Source of the DNA: Carcharhinus longimanus
Taxonomy: Eukaryota
Assembly: GCA_030264375.1 (NCBI GenBank)
Contig: JASCQW010000146.1
Span: 21,386,290-21,450,289, forward strand
Direction of reading: 5' to 3'
Length of the DNA stretch: 64,000 nucleotides
In this document: positions 62,481 through 64,000 of the stretch, piece by piece
Numbering within the stretch: position 1 is the stretch's first letter
How the letters are laid out: every line of letters begins with the position of its first letter
Program-made: the position numbers and the translations under genes
The notes under the pieces: model-generated
The model's database searches: none
What the model was told of the DNA's origin: nothing
What the model saw: the letters and a program-made list of their open reading frames with translations, nothing else

Positions 62481-62945
62481 ACCAACCAATCGCTAGGGGT
62501 AAACTAGGTTGCCTGACCCTTCAGGCAAGAAAAGAGAAAACATGGCAATTTGTTCGTAGCAGAACTGACCTAAAGGCAGAATAATATAACTTTAAAAAAG
62601 CCTTCTTTGTAATAAAAAGAAAACAACATTGAATGCTGGAAACCCAAAATAAAACAGTCAATTAACACCTGCAAAGGGAAAAGATAGGGGGATTAGCTAA
62701 ATCTTCAAAAGAACTTGCATAAGTTAAATAGGCTGAATGGCCTCCTTCGAACTTTGTAATATTTTATGATTCTGTCATAGATTGATATTTGTTGATGAAA
62801 TATTTCCTTACGAATGCTTGAGCTCTCCACTGAACAGGAATCATACAGATCATCCCCTCTCATAGAGCCAGACTTAACAATGTGTGGTCTGAAGTGCTGA
62901 TAATAAAAATATTGTTCTAAATAACAGTTTCATCCTTTTATTCAG

Positions 62946-62987
62946 TTTCCAAAGAACAAGCCTTCTGTAAATATCATTGAAGCTTGA
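62946..62987 (+). CDS. FNDC5: FNDC5 terminal coding exon, FPKNKPSVNIIEA-stop (too short for the ORF track)
   Basis: Acceptor catccttttattcAG at 62944-45, phase 0 matching exon D. Reads TTT CCA AAG AAC AAG CCT TCT GTA AAT ATC ATT GAA GCT TGA, resembling recalled FNDC5/FNDC4 C-termini (FNDC4 ...SPSINTIDV). Confidence 0.88.
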   Translation, partial: FPKNKPSVNIIEA

Positions 62988-64000
62988 CTGCTGTGCAGCT
63001 AAGAAGATGGTTTAATTAATCCATTAACCTGGTTTCTCTTGGGAGGGAGCTGTTGGCTTCTGAACTGAAGGACAGTCCTGCTTCATAAATAGATTTAAAA
63101 GCACACAACCATCAAGAATTATTGAAGTGATCAGCATCATCAGAGGACAAGGGGACCATCTCATTCCTCACCCATGAAAAAGAAGATCCCTAAAGTTTTG
63201 AGCATTTTTATATAATACGACAAAAAAAAGGTAATTTAATAAAGATTTTTATCTCCTGTTCTTGCAAAGGGGCTCACTAATGCAGAAATAAATGATTTAA
63301 GAAATGGTCACGTATATTCAAAGTTTTCTCACTGACAATTCATCGAATGAATCATAAATGGTTGACAAAAGAGTTTCAGAAATCCAAGCTACTGAAGACT
63401 GTCATGCGGACCTCAAACAACAGGCTATTATGCATATTTTACATATTCAATGTTTCTCTGAATGTGATTTTGGCAACATTTTCTAAAATGGTACCACTGG
63501 AGTGAGGTTTGCTCAGTTCAGACAGAGCTAGACCTGACAAGCTGTCTTTTGAAGTTTAAAAACATCTTTATTGCAAAAATTATGATGGTATTAGATCTTT
63601 ATCAGCACCTTTCAGTGACCCTAACTCTCAGTTTGGCTTATAAGAATAATTTTTTGGGTTTACAAGCTTTAAGGAAGCCTAGACAAAGAGGCAGCAGTTT
63701 CTTAATGAGTTTTATATTTCTTTCTTCCCATGAGCCATTAATTCTGAGCAGCCTTCTGGAAGTGTTTGTGTACACATTATAGCAGTTGTGTAGTTTCTGT
63801 TTTAGTTACTCTTGTAACCAAATATCATCCATACCAGTGATTATGTAGCAAGTGCACAGAAGGAGACTAACCCTTGGTTCAAACCTGGAGAGGTGGTGGA
63901 TTATCAGAACTGTGCCTAGGACTGGAGTGAATCATTCCACAATTGCATGGCTGAAGCATTCCAAATTGTCATCAGAAGTTTTATTTTCTAGTGGTTTCAC
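62988..64000 (+). other. FNDC5: Probable FNDC5 3' UTR, true end not determined
   Basis: Follows the stop codon, AT-rich, no recognisable repeat. AATAAA hexamers at 63238-63243 and 63287-63292. Confidence 0.55.

Noticed and set aside
22846-62987. Calling the gene FNDC4
   Set aside because: KKDVRMLR, WDLEE, EYIVHVQ, DEVT, DNEPNNNK, STPEH and GGLLRSK match recalled FNDC5 rather than FNDC4.

Overview
Eukaryotic, repeat-rich genomic DNA with many N gaps, almost certainly from an elasmobranch (shark-like), judged from HE1-type V-SINEs, DeuSINE-like elements and CR1/HER1-type LINEs. The only host gene I can support is FNDC5 (irisin precursor) on the + strand. It has five coding exons: 22846-22961, 28411-28603, 43543-43635, 50639-50772 and 62946-62987 (stop), all with GT-AG sites and compatible phases. 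The start and signal-peptide exon(s) were not found and probably lie upstream or in a gap. The rest is intronic or intergenic. It holds a decayed two-LTR Gypsy provirus (16092-21406), a second Gypsy remnant, CR1, Rex1/Babar and RTE LINE fragments, several tRNA-derived SINE families, short TIR MITEs, and Penelope-derived fold-back elements with minimal hammerhead ribozyme cores. Most other ORF-track entries are repeat-derived or read through Ns. No new biological system is demonstrated. The best leads are (i) covarying hammerhead cores in palindromic Penelope remnants, three of which cluster around the FNDC5 cytoplasmic-tail exon, (ii) FNDC5 splice options at the irisin C-terminus and tail, and (iii) V-SINEs with two alternative 3' tails. 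Comparisons to human proteins and repeat-family names are from memory and were not aligned. Repeat boundaries are approximate.
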